Position numbers and translations under genes: made by a program. A stretch of DNA of 64,000 bases, from NCBI GenBank assembly GCA_964541255.1, contig CAZIPL010000001.1:2432-66431 (forward strand), written 5' to 3'. The DNA is from an uncultured Clostridia bacterium. Lineage in GTDB: Bacteria; Bacillota; Clostridia; Christensenellales; CAMQZB01. How positions within the stretch are numbered: position 1 is the stretch's first letter; the number at the start of each line of letters is the position of its first letter. The notes beneath the pieces were generated by a model. The model had not been told where the DNA came from and did not search any database. It saw only the letters and a list, made by a program, of their open reading frames with translations. Positions 9,715 through 19,412 of this stretch are shown here, piece by piece.

Positions 9715-10633
9715 AAGACTTCTCCTTGTTTTTGAGTTCTTTTCTCTTTTTCAAAGAAATATATAACATAAAAATCGATGTCAACGCAATCAAAATGACG
9801 ACTGCGGAGCCTGTCAGCGTATTCATCAAAAGTCTGAAATACTCGTCGTTTTGCGAAAAAGTAGTAATCATAGCCGTCTGGAGCGCAAAAAGAGACATCG
9901 CCGCGGTGTCGAAATTGATCGCTTTAGAAAAAGTAATCGCAAGCTTTCCGACTTTTCGATATTTTATCCCGTCGATAATAGCTTTCGTAAAGGTATAAAA
10001 AGTATGCGCCGCCGAAAGATAGATAACGTAGTCGGGATATATATACGACGAGTTGAGAAAAACTACTTGAACGACGATAGCAATAGCGGGAATGTTCACG
10101 AGAAAAAGAAGCATGGAGAGAAAACTCAGCCTTTTTGCAAGGAAAAGCTCGCCGTTTTCTTTCTTGGTCGCCTTGACGGAAAGAGAGAACAAAATCCCTT
10201 TGATGACGACCAAAACGAAGTAATATCCCGCGATCGTATAAAACCACGTCGAGGAATAAAGAGCCCCCGTAATAGCCTTAAACGCCATAAAGAGTAGGTT
10301 GATTACGCTGCCTTCCAAAAGCAACACGCTCGACTTGAACTCTACGTCGCTGTTATATCGTTCGTAAAACTTCGTGCCTTTGATTTTGACGATAAGCTTA
10401 TTGTCTTCAAATCCCGTTTTCGCGCTTTTATATAGCCTTATTGCCGCAAATACTATAACGACAAGTGAATATGCCGACAAAACGTAGGCGATATAGGATA
10501 TCCACGAATCTTGATAACCGTTATAAAAAACGTAAAACAAAAACGCGAAGGATACTATGCAAACCGGCCACGCTAAGAAGCGTGGCGGCTCGAATGCTTT
10601 TCTTAAGTTTTTAAGAAAGGATTCCTTTCTCAT
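9707..10633 (-). CDS. Polytopic membrane protein of unknown function (~8 TM)
   Basis: 308 aa dominated by hydrophobic helices. ATGA start/stop overlap with the upstream gene (10630-10633). Confidence 0.6.
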   Translation of the reverse strand: MRKESFLKNLRKAFEPPRFLAWPVCIVSFAFLFYVFYNGYQDSWISYIAYVLSAYSLVVIVFAAIRLYKSAKTGFEDNKLIVKIKGTKFYERYNSDVEFKSSVLLLEGSVINLLFMAFKAITGALYSSTWFYTIAGYYFVLVVIKGILFSLSVKATKKENGELFLAKRLSFLSMLLFLVNIPAIAIVVQVVFLNSSYIYPDYVIYLSAAHTFYTFTKAIIDGIKYRKVGKLAITFSKAINFDTAAMSLFALQTAMITTFSQNDEYFRLLMNTLTGSAVVILIALTSIFMLYISLKKRKELKNKEKSFE

Positions 10634-10989
10634 TCGTTTTCTTCGCTGATTTCTTTAGCAAGCTCGATGATTTCGTAAGCGTATTTTTTCTTGCCGTTTT
10701 CAAGGATTCTTACATAAAGGGGATAGTTGATTGTCATAAGTCCCATTCCTACAAGTCCGATGATGATTCCTAAAACCATAGAAGCTGTTGTTCCTGCTCC
10801 TATAACCTTCATAGCAAGGCACATACCCGTTCCGAAAACGAGAGCTGCGATAACTCCGAATGTGTAGGTGAAAACCATAGCGGGCGTTTTAGCCTTTCTG
10901 TCGAGCTTTTTGAGTGCTACTACCTTGGAAGCTTTCTTGGGTGCGTATTCGTTTGCTACCTGTTCTGCATAAATTTTGTCTGTGTTCAT
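10630..10989 (-). CDS. Small membrane protein of unknown function (2 TM, charged N- and C-termini)
   Basis: 119 aa. N-terminus KKLDRKAKTPAMVFTYTFGVIAALVFGTGMCLAM, then a second helix, then acidic tail EISEENE. First gene of the 3-gene tetR operon. Confidence 0.55.
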   Translation of the reverse strand: MNTDKIYAEQVANEYAPKKASKVVALKKLDRKAKTPAMVFTYTFGVIAALVFGTGMCLAMKVIGAGTTASMVLGIIIGLVGMGLMTINYPLYVRILENGKKKYAYEIIELAKEISEENE

Positions 10990-11465
10990 TGTTTTTATTC
11001 TCCTTAAATTTTATTCTTTTTTCTTCGAGCGCGTTTGTTTTGTTTTCGCTCTTTACGTTACCTATTATATACTTTATTTTCGAAAATCACGAGACACCGA
11101 AAAGAAAAAGTGTTGAATTAAAGAACTTCTCGCACGACACGAATTCGGTTTTGTGTCGAATTGAGAAAAAATAGCGAAAATATACATTTTTTCGGTATGA
11201 CACGCTCTCAAAAATATGGACGTTTTTTTTGTGTCCGTTGAAAGATGTGTCCGATAGAGCCTTAAAGTAGCCTTTCGATGGATACGTATTTCGATAATGC
11301 GTTGTTTTCATAAAGAAAAGATTTCTTGATAAGAATTGAAAAGATCAATGCGATTTTAAGTATATAGTATATTTTACGATTTTTATAAGGATATTTATTT
11401 AGTTTATAAAAAACCTCTTGCAAAGAAAAGTGTTTTGAGATATACTTAAAAACAAGGTGAATAAT

Positions 11466-12698
11466 ATGAAAAGTTTGAAGGAATTATATAAAATAGGAAG
11501 AGGCCCGTCGAGTTCGCATACGATAGGCCCCGAAAAAGCGGCAAAGCTTTTTATAAAAAAAACGCCTAAGGCGCATAGCTATAAGGTCGTATTATACGAT
11601 TCTCTCGCAAAGACGGGAATAGGGCACGGAACGGACAGAGTTTTGCAAAAGACCTTCGATAAGCCGTGCGAGGTTGTTTTCGATTGCAAAGAAACGCGTC
11701 ACCGTCATCCAAACGGAATGGATATGTACGCTCTTTCAAATACGGGCGACGTAATAATGTCTTGGCGCGTATATAGCGTCGGCGGCGGTGCGATAGAGAT
11801 TGACGGTGAAGAGGCGTATGAGCCGAGCGAGATATATCCTCACAATTCTTTTGAAGAGATAAGGCAATATTGCGAAAAAGAGGGGATTACGCTTCCGCGA
11901 TACGTCGAACGCTTCGAGGGCGAAGAGATTAGGGAATATCTCAAAACAGTTTGGGCGCAAATGGAGCAATCGATTGATGATGGCTTAAAAGCAAGCGGAG
12001 TTTTGCCCGGCGGCTTAAACACCGAAAGGAGAGCAAAGATTCTCATTTCGCAAAGCAATCCCAACGAGAACGAACGAACGAGGGAAAATAGGCTCATTTG
12101 CGCTTACGCTTTTGCCGTAAGCGAGCAAAACGCCGCAGGCGAAAGTATCGTCACCGCGCCTACTTGCGGTGCGTCGGGTATTCTTCCCGCGGTGTTAAGA
12201 TACGAAAAAGAGCTGCATAATTTCTCTGAGGACAATATCATAGACGCTCTTGAAACGGCGGGAATAATAGGCAATATCGTCAAGACAAACGCGTCGATAA
12301 GCGGAGCCGAATGCGGTTGCCAAGCCGAGTGCGGAACGGCTTGCTCTATGGCGGCGGCAGCTTGCGCGGAGCTTTTCAAAATGGATTTCGACCAAATAGA
12401 ATTCTGCGCCGAAATAGCAATGGAGCATCACTTGGGGCTTACTTGCGACCCCGTAGACGGCTTGGTGCAGATCCCGTGCATAGAAAGAAACGCCGTTGCG
12501 GCAATGAGGGCGATAAATTCCGCTACGCTCGCCACTTTCCTTTCGACCTCTCGACAAATATCTTTCGACGCCGTCGTCGAAACGATGTATTTGACGGGCA
12601 AAGACATAAACGTCAGATATAGAGAAACATCCGACGGCGGACTGGCGAGAAGCTATAGCCATTCGAGACTTAAACGAAACGGCAAGATTATCCGATAA
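11466..12698 (+). CDS. sdaA: L-serine ammonia-lyase (iron-sulfur-dependent L-serine dehydratase), single-chain form
   Basis: GRGPSSSHTIGP, TAPTCGASGILPAV, ECGCQAECGTACSMAAA and GLTCDPVDGLVQIPCIERNA. ATG 11466 lies 7 nt after aaggtg; GTG 11457 is an alternative start. Confidence 0.85.
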   Translation: MKSLKELYKIGRGPSSSHTIGPEKAAKLFIKKTPKAHSYKVVLYDSLAKTGIGHGTDRVLQKTFDKPCEVVFDCKETRHRHPNGMDMYALSNTGDVIMSWRVYSVGGGAIEIDGEEAYEPSEIYPHNSFEEIRQYCEKEGITLPRYVERFEGEEIREYLKTVWAQMEQSIDDGLKASGVLPGGLNTERRAKILISQSNPNENERTRENRLICAYAFAVSEQNAAGESIVTAPTCGASGILPAVLRYEKELHNFSEDNIIDALETAGIIGNIVKTNASISGAECGCQAECGTACSMAAAACAELFKMDFDQIEFCAEIAMEHHLGLTCDPVDGLVQIPCIERNAVAAMRAINSATLATFLSTSRQISFDAVVETMYLTGKDINVRYRETSDGGLARSYSHSRLKRNGKIIR

Positions 12699-12878
12699 AA
12701 GAAGCGGAAATCGAGCAAAAACCGATATTATAATCATCTTTTCATTAAACGAAAAGATAGATTGATTTTTATTATCGACTTTTAGTAAAAACCTATAATC
12801 GAAAGAATGTGTAGTTTTAAGGATAAAAAACTATAAATATAAATACGCCTCAAAAAGGCTTAATAACCAAAGAAAATA

Positions 12879-14231
12879 ATGAACAAAAACGATTACATAG
12901 AGCTTAATATAGATTCATACGGCGACAAGGGCGAGGGTGTCGGAAGATACGACGGTCTTGCCGTTTTCGTACCCTTTGCGATAGTGGGCGAAAGGGTGAA
13001 AGCAAAGATAATACTTTCGAAAAAGAGCTATGCGGTCGGAAAGCTTGTTGAGGTAATAAAAAGCTCTCCCGAAAGAGTAGAGCCTAAATGTCCGTATTTC
13101 ACGAAATGCGGCGGCTGTCAGCTTATGCATATGTCAAGCCGCGAGCAAGCGTCGCTTAAAGAGAAAAAAGTATCCGACGCGATGAAAAGAATAGGTAAAA
13201 TCGAAACGGAAACAGACAAAGTATTTAGCGGCAAAAACGTCGAAAGATATAGAAACAAGCTCCAAATGCCCTTGCAAGGGACGGTTGACGGACTTCAAGG
13301 CGGTTTTTACGCACCCTTTTCTCATAGGCTCATTCCGATAGAGGATTGCCTTATTCAAAATGAAAGGTCGATTGAAGTATTTAAGAAGCTAAAAGAATAT
13401 GCCGACGAAAACGGCGTTTGTGGCTATAACGAAGAAAGCCATACGGGACTTTTGCGACATCTTGTTTTGAGAAGCTCCGAAAGCGGAATTATGATAACGG
13501 TAGTAATAAACGGCAATAAGCTTCCGCATATAGAAAAGCTTGTCGAAAAGCTTGAAGCGTTAAATGTGCCGTTCGGACTATATCTAAACGAAAACAAGGA
13601 AAGAACGAACGTTGTTTTCGGCAAACGCTTTATATATATTTGCGGCTTGAAAGAGTTGTCGTTTATAGACGACGGAATAAAATATTCCGTTTTGCCGCAG
13701 TCCTTTTTGCAAGTCAACGACGAGGTAAAGGATAAATTATATGAAGATAGCCTTGAAAAAGCTCGAATAGATAAAGATACCGTCGTTATTAACGCATATT
13801 CGGGCGCGGGGCTTTTGACTGCGAAGCTTGCAAAATACGCAAAGTCCGCGATAGGCGTCGAGATAGTCAAGGAGGCTACCGAGAACGCCGATAAGCTCAA
13901 AAAAGAAAACGGAATAAGCAATATGGAAAATATCACGGGCGATTGCGCCGTCGAGATTCCGAAGCTTATCAAAAATATCGGCGAAGAAAAAACGGTGCTT
14001 TTCCTCGATCCGCCGAGAAAAGGCGTTGACGAAAAAGTTCTTGACGCGGTTCTTGAAGCAATGCCCGAAAAGATAGTTTATATCTCTTGCAACCCCGCCA
14101 CCTTAGCGCGAGACCTATCTATTTTGTCGCAAAAATACGACGTTGTCTCTGTTTCGCCCTACGACATGTTCCCTCAAACTTCCCATGTAGAAACACTCGC
14201 CGTTTTGTCGAGTAAAGAAGCAAAACGATAA
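12879..14231 (+). CDS. 23S rRNA (uracil-C5)-methyltransferase, RlmD/RumA family (TRAM + Fe-S + SAM MTase)
   Basis: N-terminal TRAM-like segment, Cys cluster CPYFTKCGGCQLMHM, C-terminal catalytic motif VYISCNPATLARD. Confidence 0.85.
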   Translation: MNKNDYIELNIDSYGDKGEGVGRYDGLAVFVPFAIVGERVKAKIILSKKSYAVGKLVEVIKSSPERVEPKCPYFTKCGGCQLMHMSSREQASLKEKKVSDAMKRIGKIETETDKVFSGKNVERYRNKLQMPLQGTVDGLQGGFYAPFSHRLIPIEDCLIQNERSIEVFKKLKEYADENGVCGYNEESHTGLLRHLVLRSSESGIMITVVINGNKLPHIEKLVEKLEALNVPFGLYLNENKERTNVVFGKRFIYICGLKELSFIDDGIKYSVLPQSFLQVNDEVKDKLYEDSLEKARIDKDTVVINAYSGAGLLTAKLAKYAKSAIGVEIVKEATENADKLKKENGISNMENITGDCAVEIPKLIKNIGEEKTVLFLDPPRKGVDEKVLDAVLEAMPEKIVYISCNPATLARDLSILSQKYDVVSVSPYDMFPQTSHVETLAVLSSKEAKR

Positions 14232-14322
14232 AACCGTTTAATTGTTTTTCTTTAAAGACGGTTTGGCTTTCTTTCGAAAACAGAGAGAAGTTTAGTAAAT
14301 ATTTATATAAAAGTCATTAACT

Positions 14323-14351
14323 GCGATTGCATATGCAACCGCGGTTTTTTT
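14323..14351 (+). terminator. Probable intrinsic terminator after the methyltransferase gene
   Basis: Imperfect stem gcgattgc / gcaaccgc around the palindrome ttgcatatgcaa, followed by ggttttttt. Confidence 0.55.
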
Positions 14352-14482
14352 ATATAAAAACGGACGACGGAAAATAGAGTATAGGTAATTTATTTACTTT
14401 GCTTAGATATAAATTTGGTATTGTAGCTTTTTTAAAGTAATATAAAGCTTTATCGGTTAAATAAGAAAACGAAGGAGATATA

Positions 14483-14530
14483 ATGGGGAATAAAAGATAT
14501 CATACTACAAGCAAAGATTATGCTAAATAA
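14483..14530 (+). CDS. Candidate 15-aa micro-ORF with strong RBS
   Basis: gaaggaga + 5 nt + ATG; MGNKRYHTTSKDYAK. Lies in a 670-bp intergenic region, with the strong 14640-14678 hairpin ~110 nt downstream. Confidence 0.2.
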   Translation: MGNKRYHTTSKDYAK

Positions 14531-14639
14531 ACAAAAGAGATGTCTTTCAGACTCAATTGCGAGACTATCAATGGATAAGTCTATAAGAAGAGGTAAAGTA
14601 TAACGCATAAAAAAGTATAAGCAAAAAGCGTTATAAAAT

Positions 14640-14678
14640 AGTATTAAGGCGTCGGAGATCGTCCAACGCCTTAATACT
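14640..14678. other. Strong 12-bp-stem hairpin in an intergenic region
   Basis: gtattaaggcgt / acgccttaatac stem with a 13-nt loop. The flanks are only modestly T-rich on either strand. Confidence 0.6.
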
Positions 14679-14903
14679 AGATAGGTATTTTTAGGTAGTA
14701 AGTAGCAAATTAATAACAAAAATAATTCTTTGTTCGTTATTATCTTAACAAATCAAAATGGCTTTGTCAAGTGGTATCTGAAATTTTTTATTACTTACAG
14801 CGGTAAATAGATAAATAAAATCGATAAAAACGAATCAAAAACAAACATTGTCTTTGCAATGCGATAATAAATTCGATTTTGTCGGGAAAAAGAATTGCCG
14901 CTT

Positions 14904-17579
14904 TTAGCTATGTTTTCTCTTATATTTCGAATAAATAACTTTGACGACGATAAGAAGCGCAATAACTGCGATGAGAACGCCGATAAGAATAAGCGCCGTC
15001 GTCGTGGACTTTGTCTGAGCGTCGTAAGTTATTTCTGAGCTCTTGACGTAGCCCATAATGCCGTTTCCGTCGCTTGTGATTTCGCGGATGAAGATATAAT
15101 CTCCCGCCGATTTATCGAGTATTTCGACCTTGGTCTTGTCGGGAAGCGTCTTTCCGAGTTTGGTTTCGCCAAGGTCTGCGTAAACTTCTACGTAGCCGTG
15201 AAGAAGCTCCGCGTTGATTTTTCCGTATTCGATTTCGGGCGCGTAAACTTCTGCGTTTTCGACGGTGTTATATCTCGGGATATATCCGTAAACCGTTTCG
15301 CCTTTTTCGTTCTGATAAGAAACGTAGTACCAATAAAGTCCCGACGGGGAGAGGAAGTCGGCTGCTCTATCGATAATAGCAAGCTCGGTGTCTTTTTTAA
15401 GCTGCGTTATTGAATAGAGCGGCTTCAAGTCGTAGGTTGTTATTAGGGGATATTTATATAGATATACGTTTTCGTGCAAAGCAACGCCGTATTGATAAGG
15501 AACTTCCGTGTTGCGATCGTCAATCGTAACGCTTTCTGCATCCATAAAGCCCGCCGCGTTGTTATAGATGACGTAAAGATACTTTCCGTCTTCCGTTTTG
15601 CCCGCAACGATAAGCTGTTCGCCGCTTGAGAGCTTTCTTGCTCTCGTGAAAGAATAGTTGACGGGATAAAGCTCGTCGTCGGGGTTTAGGGGATAGATAA
15701 GTCTGTTGCCGTCCGAGGATATCGTTCCGATAGCAACTTCTCTGTCTTCCTTGCCGTCGAAGATGTTCTTAGGAATCTCGAGGTCGTAATAATACGCGAC
15801 GTTTAGGTCTTTGAACTCGTATTTTTCCATAATGAACGCGCGATGTTCGTTTTCTGCGAGGAAGTAGATGTGCTTGTTTTTCGCGTCAAACGTCATACGA
15901 GAAAGCTTCGCTGTTTTATCCGTAACGATTTTTATGCTTCCGCCGTCGATATATTTGTCGCCGTCCTTAATGAACTTGAAGATATAGTTTTCGCCGACGA
16001 ACTCGCATAGCGCGTAAACGCTTCCGTCAAAGTCCGAAACGACGTCTTTAACGATATAGGACGAGCTTTTTCCGACGTTTAGGCTTGCCACTTTAGAGAA
16101 AGTTTCCGTGTCGAATACGCTTATTATGTTGCCCGAAATGAAGTATGCTCTTTCGTATTTGTCGTCGATAGCAAAGGAATACTTATTCGAAACGCCGTTT
16201 TTAACGACCTTGAAAGAGTTGTCTGAAGTGTCGAGCTTTGCGAGTCTGTTTCCGTCAACGACGTATACGTCGTCAGAAACGTCTGAAGCGTATATGCTCG
16301 TTATGCTCTTAAATGACGACGCGTCGTTTTTGGTGTATTCGTCCAAAAGATCGAATGTCGAAGAATACTTCAAAACCTTCGTTGCCGTTGCAACGAATAT
16401 ATTGCCGTAATAATCTACTCCTACGGAAAGGGGAGAAAGGACGTTGTCTTTCGAGTCTTTGACGGTGAAAGAATAGTTGTTTCCGCTGTCCGTTCGAATG
16501 GAAACTCTCATATTGAGAGAGTCTGCGAAATACGTTTTGCCGTCGGAATAAACCAAGTCGGTCGGCGTATTGAACGCGCCCTCGTCGGCAGAGAAAGATG
16601 CGATTGCAAAGTATGAAGACAAAAGCACGTTTTGCGAAACTGAGAAGCCTTTGATTGCAAGCGCGCCTTTGCCGTCCAAGATATAGACGGTTTTCGTGTT
16701 AGATTTTGAATAAGCTATGGAAACGGGGTTTTTGATGTTTCCCGAATATGACGGATCGGACGAAACGGAGAGTGCCAAAGAAAAGTCGGGTGAGGAAGAG
16801 AGGTTGCCGACAAAGCATCCGTTTTGGTTGATTATGAAAAGCTTTTCTCCGTTATAGCAAAAATCCGTTATGCCGCCCGAGGGCAAGCTTGTCATTTCGG
16901 TCTTTTTGCCCGAGGTGAGATTGATTGCGGAAATCATCGAAATACCCATACTTGTCTGATATGCCAAGATGTAATCTTTCGATGCGGTAATCATCGTTGC
17001 GGAAGAAAACGCCGTTCCCGTCGTGAATTCTTCGTCTTGCGTCAACGTGTCGCCGTCGATTTTATAGCGAATGGCTTTTCTCGTGAACGAGCCTATAAGG
17101 CAATATAAATTCGTTCCGTCGGTAGCGATGTCATAAACGATAACGTCCGAAAGAGCGATGATAGCCTCTTCGGTTATTGTCGAAACGGAGTAGATATAAG
17201 TCTGTTCTTCCTCTTCGTTATAGTCAAGCACCAAGATTTTATTGCCGATGATTTCTACGTCTCTCGGGTCGTTAAAGGTTTTTTCGAACAAGAACGAACC
17301 GCCCGACGAAAAGACGAGAAGTCTTCCCGGATCGTTTTCGAGACGGTTTTCGATAACGGCGAAATACTTATCGCTCGTTGCGATCATATAAGGACGGTTG
17401 AATTCGAAATAGCGAATTTCCGAATAATTCTCCGCATATGCGTCGAGATAGCCCATTTTATTTACTATTGCGGACGGGTTGACCTTTTCGTCGCTTTCTT
17501 TTGCGTAAGCGACTGTCGGCACGCAGAATGCCTGCAATAAAAGTATAACGGCAAGTATACGCACGATAGCTTTTTTCAT
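14904..17579 (-). CDS. Large secreted, C-terminally membrane-anchored protein with beta-propeller-like repeats and SH3b-like domains
   Basis: ATG 17579 follows ggagga. Signal peptide MKKAIVRILAVILLLQAFCVPTVAYA. About 10 recurring ~45-aa blade-like segments (e.g. KILVLDYNEE, VYILDGKGALAIKGF, IFVATATKVLKYS, VYVVDGNRLAKLD, AYFISGNIISVFD, IYFLAENEHRAFIM). C-terminal SH3b-like YWYYVSYQNEKGETVYGYIP. Final TM ALILIGVLIAVIALLIVV followed by KYKRKHS. Confidence 0.6.
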   Translation of the reverse strand: MKKAIVRILAVILLLQAFCVPTVAYAKESDEKVNPSAIVNKMGYLDAYAENYSEIRYFEFNRPYMIATSDKYFAVIENRLENDPGRLLVFSSGGSFLFEKTFNDPRDVEIIGNKILVLDYNEEEEQTYIYSVSTITEEAIIALSDVIVYDIATDGTNLYCLIGSFTRKAIRYKIDGDTLTQDEEFTTGTAFSSATMITASKDYILAYQTSMGISMISAINLTSGKKTEMTSLPSGGITDFCYNGEKLFIINQNGCFVGNLSSSPDFSLALSVSSDPSYSGNIKNPVSIAYSKSNTKTVYILDGKGALAIKGFSVSQNVLLSSYFAIASFSADEGAFNTPTDLVYSDGKTYFADSLNMRVSIRTDSGNNYSFTVKDSKDNVLSPLSVGVDYYGNIFVATATKVLKYSSTFDLLDEYTKNDASSFKSITSIYASDVSDDVYVVDGNRLAKLDTSDNSFKVVKNGVSNKYSFAIDDKYERAYFISGNIISVFDTETFSKVASLNVGKSSSYIVKDVVSDFDGSVYALCEFVGENYIFKFIKDGDKYIDGGSIKIVTDKTAKLSRMTFDAKNKHIYFLAENEHRAFIMEKYEFKDLNVAYYYDLEIPKNIFDGKEDREVAIGTISSDGNRLIYPLNPDDELYPVNYSFTRARKLSSGEQLIVAGKTEDGKYLYVIYNNAAGFMDAESVTIDDRNTEVPYQYGVALHENVYLYKYPLITTYDLKPLYSITQLKKDTELAIIDRAADFLSPSGLYWYYVSYQNEKGETVYGYIPRYNTVENAEVYAPEIEYGKINAELLHGYVEVYADLGETKLGKTLPDKTKVEILDKSAGDYIFIREITSDGNGIMGYVKSSEITYDAQTKSTTTALILIGVLIAVIALLIVVKVIYSKYKRKHS

Positions 17580-17693
17580 AACTTCTTTTCTTCCTCCGAA
17601 AAGTCCGAATGTAAAGACCGACATGCGAAAAAACCGCATACGGGCATATACTATAGTAAAGCATAAATGCGGAAAAAAGTCAATGCGAGAGGC

Positions 17694-18374
17694 TCATTTA
17701 TCCTTGCTCTTTACGGAAAAGAGCAAAAAAGTAAGCAGAAAGACGGGTATTGCGATAAATACAAAAAGAAGCGTTTGAACGGACGCGGGCAAAGAATTTT
17801 CCGAAAAAGTCGGATTTTCGTCGTTTTTTTCGCTTTCGGGTGCGATTTCTTGCGGTTTTTCGGTGTTAATTAAATGCTTGGGGATTTCGAAATACTCAAA
17901 CGCCGCAGTAGATATATAACCCGTTTCGTTGCCGAAAACGCAAAACGCCACGGAGGGGTTTTCTGTTGTTCCGTAAACGGAAACGCGCTGTCCCGAAAGT
18001 ATCGTCGAAACGGGGCTTTTGAGAAGCTTGTCGTTGTATAGAGCGGTGTTTTTTAATGCGGCGACGGTGATATTCGGGTATAGCGGATAGTTGACGCTTT
18101 TCTTTTCGACGTTGTCCTTTTCGATAAAGCCTGTCAGCTTGATATATCCGTTTTTCGTCGTTTGGTACGATACCTTATAATATACGTCCGCCTCTTCGAG
18201 TATTGCGACGTAATAATCGCTCGGCAAAATAAAGACGCTTTCGCTTGCGTCGAAAAGCGTGTCGGAATAAAAATATACGTTCTTTCCGACAAGAAGATAT
18301 TCTTGCGCTGAAGTGGGAGCGGAGGAACTAAGCATAAATGATATTAAGATTAAGGATAAGCATTTTTTCAACAT
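17694..18374 (-). CDS. Secreted SH3b-like domain protein with C-terminal membrane anchor
   Basis: Signal MLKKCLSLILISFMLSSSAPTSAQE. SH3b-like YYVAILEEADVYYKVSYQTTKNGYIKLTGFI. C-terminal TM LLFVFIAIPVFLLTFLLFSV + KSKDK. Lies directly upstream of, and co-oriented with, 14904..17579. Confidence 0.6.
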   Translation of the reverse strand: MLKKCLSLILISFMLSSSAPTSAQEYLLVGKNVYFYSDTLFDASESVFILPSDYYVAILEEADVYYKVSYQTTKNGYIKLTGFIEKDNVEKKSVNYPLYPNITVAALKNTALYNDKLLKSPVSTILSGQRVSVYGTTENPSVAFCVFGNETGYISTAAFEYFEIPKHLINTEKPQEIAPESEKNDENPTFSENSLPASVQTLLFVFIAIPVFLLTFLLFSVKSKDK

Positions 18375-18577
18375 AATGAAATAATACGACTTGTCGTTTG
18401 TCGAATAATTTCCTTTTTTGTCGAATTTTTTTAACTTTTGTGAGAGAAAAACACACCGAATATATCTTGCAAAAAGTTATCTGATATAGTATACTAAAAA
18501 CAGAATAGGGTAAAACTGCTTTTTGGATTGCAAAACGCATAAAGCAAAACAGCTTTTGACCGAAGGATAAAAAAAAT

Positions 18578-19399
18578 ATGCGCTATTTCAAAGAAACAAT
18601 CAAATATATGTGGAAAAACCTTTTGTGGCTGATTCCGTATGCGATACTGCCGGCAGTTGCAATGGCGCTTTCGGGGAGCTTGGGCTCGTCGTTCACGTTC
18701 TTTTTCCGCTATAGCGATAAAGTATCGGCATATACGGTTTGGGATATATATAAGTTCTTCTCCGTTCTTTTTGCCGAAAATTGGCTGATAGGTCTTTCCG
18801 CTGTCATAGTAATAGGCTTTTTCATGTGCCTGTTGTTCGGAGCGATCGACCGTCATATGAAGGTAGGGAAGTTCTCATATAAGAATATGTTCTCGAGGCT
18901 CAACGAAACCGTTCTTGCGGTGTTCCCGACCTACTTTGTCATGTTCGGACTTTTGGAGCTTATCGCGCTTCTCAACTCGTCGCTAATATATATCTTCACG
19001 AAGAGCATAGGATTTAATTCGATATATATCGCAATCCCCATAACGATGGCGATGTACGCTTGCTTCTTCTTGACGCTCACGCAATTTATTTTGCTCATTC
19101 CCTCCGAGATAGTCGTAGGGTATCCGTTCAAGGACGCGGTAATAAACTCCATACGCCTTGTTTCGGGAAGCGGCGGAGCGATATTTGTGCAGCTAAGCTG
19201 CGTTATGCTCGGCGGATCGCTTATATCCGCGCTTTTCGATTTGATTTTCCCCGGGATCATGCCGATAAGATTTTTTGTCGATTTCATACTTTATATGGCG
19301 ATTATGATTTTCACGACGTCGTATATGATGGTGTCGTACTTCATTCTTTCCAACGAGCCGAGGCGCGACGTTGACGAGAAGAAAAAATATTTGACTTAA
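18578..19399 (+). CDS. Polytopic membrane protein of unknown function (~6 TM)
   Basis: 273 aa of hydrophobic helices; first gene of a co-directional 3-gene set. Confidence 0.55.
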   Translation: MRYFKETIKYMWKNLLWLIPYAILPAVAMALSGSLGSSFTFFFRYSDKVSAYTVWDIYKFFSVLFAENWLIGLSAVIVIGFFMCLLFGAIDRHMKVGKFSYKNMFSRLNETVLAVFPTYFVMFGLLELIALLNSSLIYIFTKSIGFNSIYIAIPITMAMYACFFLTLTQFILLIPSEIVVGYPFKDAVINSIRLVSGSGGAIFVQLSCVMLGGSLISALFDLIFPGIMPIRFFVDFILYMAIMIFTTSYMMVSYFILSNEPRRDVDEKKKYLT

Positions 19400-19412
19400 A
19401 GGAGCTTGACAT

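Noticed and set aside
14450-14719. 89-aa minus-strand ORF in the 14.2-14.9 kb gap
   Set aside because: It has no RBS, runs through the strong hairpin, and its hydrophobic low-complexity sequence reflects AT-rich DNA.
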